From Nitrospirota bacterium (GTDB taxonomy: Bacteria; Nitrospirota; JACRHJ01), in assembly GCA_021789495.1 (NCBI GenBank), contig JAJYJM010000007.1:10230-74229 (forward strand): a DNA stretch of 64,000 nucleotides, given 5' to 3'. The first letter of the stretch is position 1; every line of letters starts with the position of its first letter. The notes below the pieces were generated by a model. That model was given only the letters and a program-made list of their open reading frames with translations. It was not told the DNA's origin and searched no databases. Both the position numbers and the translations under genes were made by a program. Shown in pieces: positions 62,487-64,000 of this stretch.

Positions 62487-63244
62487 CTCGCGCGGGGATG
62501 GATCTGGGTTCCAGGCAGGTAAAGATCGTCCTGGCGAAGGGCGGCGAAATAGCGCTCAAAAAGAGCTTCGACACCGCCGCGTTTTACAAGGAATACGGAA
62601 GCATCAAAGGCGGCCTGCTGTCCGTGGAGTTTACGAGGCTTGGCCTTCCGGGCCGGTCGACCGGCGGCGTTACGCTGACGGTTACGGGCTACGGCAGAAA
62701 CGCCGTGAAGGTAACGGGCGCAAAGGTAATCTCCGAGGTGAAGGCGCACGCCGCAGGCGCGACATGGCAGACGGGTCTTAATGACTTCGTCCTGCTCGAC
62801 ATAGGCGGACAGGATACGAAGGTCGCAAAGGTGTCGGGCGGCAGGATGGAGGACTTTATAATGAACGACAAGTGCGCCGCATCGTCCGGGAGATACATCG
62901 AGAACATGGGAAGCGTGCTTCAGATGCCGATTGACGAAATGTCGCGCCACTTTGAGAACCCCGCGCAGCTCTCCGCCACCTGCGCGATATTCGGGGAAAG
63001 CGAGATAATCCAGAAGATGACCGAAGGGACGCCGCCGGGCGAGATTGCGGCTGGAGTGAACTTAAGCGTCGTAAAGCGCGTGCTCCCGATGCTGGCCCGG
63101 TTCCCGGACGGCCCGGTTGTCTTCGCGGGCGGTGTCGCGCAGAACGCTGCGGTGACATATTTCATAAAGGACAGGACTGGCCGGGAGGTGATTGTCGTCC
63201 CGGAGCCGGTATATAACGGGGCGATAGGATGCGCGTACTTGTAA
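62483..63244 (+). CDS. CoA-substrate-specific enzyme activase (HgdC/BadF/BcrAD-family ATPase)
   Basis: ATGA-coupled; MTRAGMDLGSRQVKIVLAKGG… (ASKHA fold) …DIGGQDTK…AGGVAQN. Confidence 0.8.
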   Translation: MTRAGMDLGSRQVKIVLAKGGEIALKKSFDTAAFYKEYGSIKGGLLSVEFTRLGLPGRSTGGVTLTVTGYGRNAVKVTGAKVISEVKAHAAGATWQTGLNDFVLLDIGGQDTKVAKVSGGRMEDFIMNDKCAASSGRYIENMGSVLQMPIDEMSRHFENPAQLSATCAIFGESEIIQKMTEGTPPGEIAAGVNLSVVKRVLPMLARFPDGPVVFAGGVAQNAAVTYFIKDRTGREVIVVPEPVYNGAIGCAYL

Positions 63245-64000
63245 TCAGCACGAACAGGGAGATGTCCCCGCAGCCGGTCGCGCCCGTCGGGGCGGCGTGG
63301 ATTGCCCAGGCGCTCTCCCAGGCGGGTTTCGAGGCTCGGCTCCTTGACCTTTCCTTCGAGAAAGACCCGCCCCGCCGTATATTGAATGAGCTTGCCGAAT
63401 TCAGTCCCGAAGGCATAGCGCTCTCCGTCCGGAACGCCGACAACGGAGACTTCCTCGGCCCCAGGAGCTTCCTGCCGGACGTAAGGGAAATCACCGGGAT
63501 TATAAAGGAGCACAGTTCCGCGCGCATGATAATCGGCGGCCCCGGAGTCAGCATAATGCCCTCGGAGATACTGAACTACCTTGGCCTTGACTGGGCCTGC
63601 ATGGGCGAGGGCGAGGAGGCGGTAGTCGCGTTTTTCGGGGCCAAGAGGCCGGAGGACGCCGAAGGTTTTCCGGGGATAGTGTCAAGGAAATCATCCCCGT
63701 CCGGCGCGGAGCGCAGGCAGTGGATAAAACCGGATACCGTGAAGCCGAAGCTGTACGGATGGGTGGACGTAAAGCGGTACCTGAAGTTCGAGCCTGTGCT
63801 CCCCGTGCAGGGCAAAAGAGGCTGCGCCAACAACTGCCTGTACTGCACTTACAACCGCATCGAGGGCCGCTCCTGGAGACCCAGGGATCCGTCCGTCGTG
63901 GCGGAGGAGATTTCCGAGCTTATCTCCCGCACGGGCGCACGGACGTTCGAGTTCGTGGACAGCATATTCAACCAGCCGGAAGGTTACATGGAGGCCCTGC
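63229..64000 (+). CDS. B12-binding-domain radical SAM protein (partial; runs off the window end; not in the ORF track)
   Basis: Manual translation is open to the window edge: MRVLVISTNREMSPQP…GKRGCANNCLYCTYNRIEG… (CxxxCxxC), preceded by a cobalamin-binding-like N-terminal domain. Confidence 0.7.
   Translation, partial: MRVLVISTNREMSPQPVAPVGAAWIAQALSQAGFEARLLDLSFEKDPPRRILNELAEFSPEGIALSVRNADNGDFLGPRSFLPDVREITGIIKEHSSARMIIGGPGVSIMPSEILNYLGLDWACMGEGEEAVVAFFGAKRPEDAEGFPGIVSRKSSPSGAERRQWIKPDTVKPKLYGWVDVKRYLKFEPVLPVQGKRGCANNCLYCTYNRIEGRSWRPRDPSVVAEEISELISRTGARTFEFVDSIFNQPEGYMEAL

Overview
This window is high-GC bacterial chromosome, mostly core translation and transcription genes. Almost the whole stretch 10081-44310 is minus-strand, in this order from the minus-strand 3' end: the alpha operon (rplQ, rpoA, rpsD, rpsK, rpsM, rpmJ, infA, map, adk, secY), the spc and S10 operons, the str operon (tuf, fusA, rpsG, rpsL), rpoC, rpoB, rplL, rplJ, rplA, rplK, nusG, secE, tRNA-Trp, rpmG and a second, CDS-identical tuf. 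Upstream of that lies an E. coli-like tRNA operon (Thr-TGT, Tyr, Gly, [inserted TPR-peptidase gene], Thr-GGT, tuf). Beyond it is a Bacillus-like syntenic block (yacL-like, ispD, ispF, cysE, cysS, rlmB) plus htrA and hpt. The left flank (1-10 kb) carries an Arn-like envelope aminosugar-modification locus (GT2, DegT aminotransferase, GT83 ArnT-like) with an embedded ECF sigma / anti-sigma / Spy-like module and a secreted tandem-repeat protein. It also carries a plus-strand operon NYN+CSD protein, hisS, metallophosphoesterase, HD protein. The right flank (55.5-64 kb) carries a triheme c7-like cytochrome, livHM, two small AT-rich accessory islets on either side of alr, and an hgdB/hgdC-like pair with a partial B12-binding radical SAM gene. 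One islet has a RelE/ParE TA pair and a promoter/terminator-bounded small transcript. The other has a HEPN-like/MNT pair and a CPxCG membrane protein. Several features are not explained by the gene list. A dRS3-like palindromic repeat family (ATTCCCGC-N4-GCGGGAAT with GTCATT/AATGAC termini) occurs at about 10 intergenic sites, including unusually enlarged spacers inside the ribosomal operons. A second hairpin repeat family occurs at 3 sites. There are degenerate duplications of the 3' ends of rplR and rplE, a C10 homopolymer, and low-complexity extensions on L17, RlmB and CysE. I found no CRISPR array, rRNA or obvious transposase. I do not see a single clearly novel multi-gene system. The most promising places for one are the two islets around alr, the NYN+CSD operon, and the hgd/rSAM cluster that runs off the window edge.
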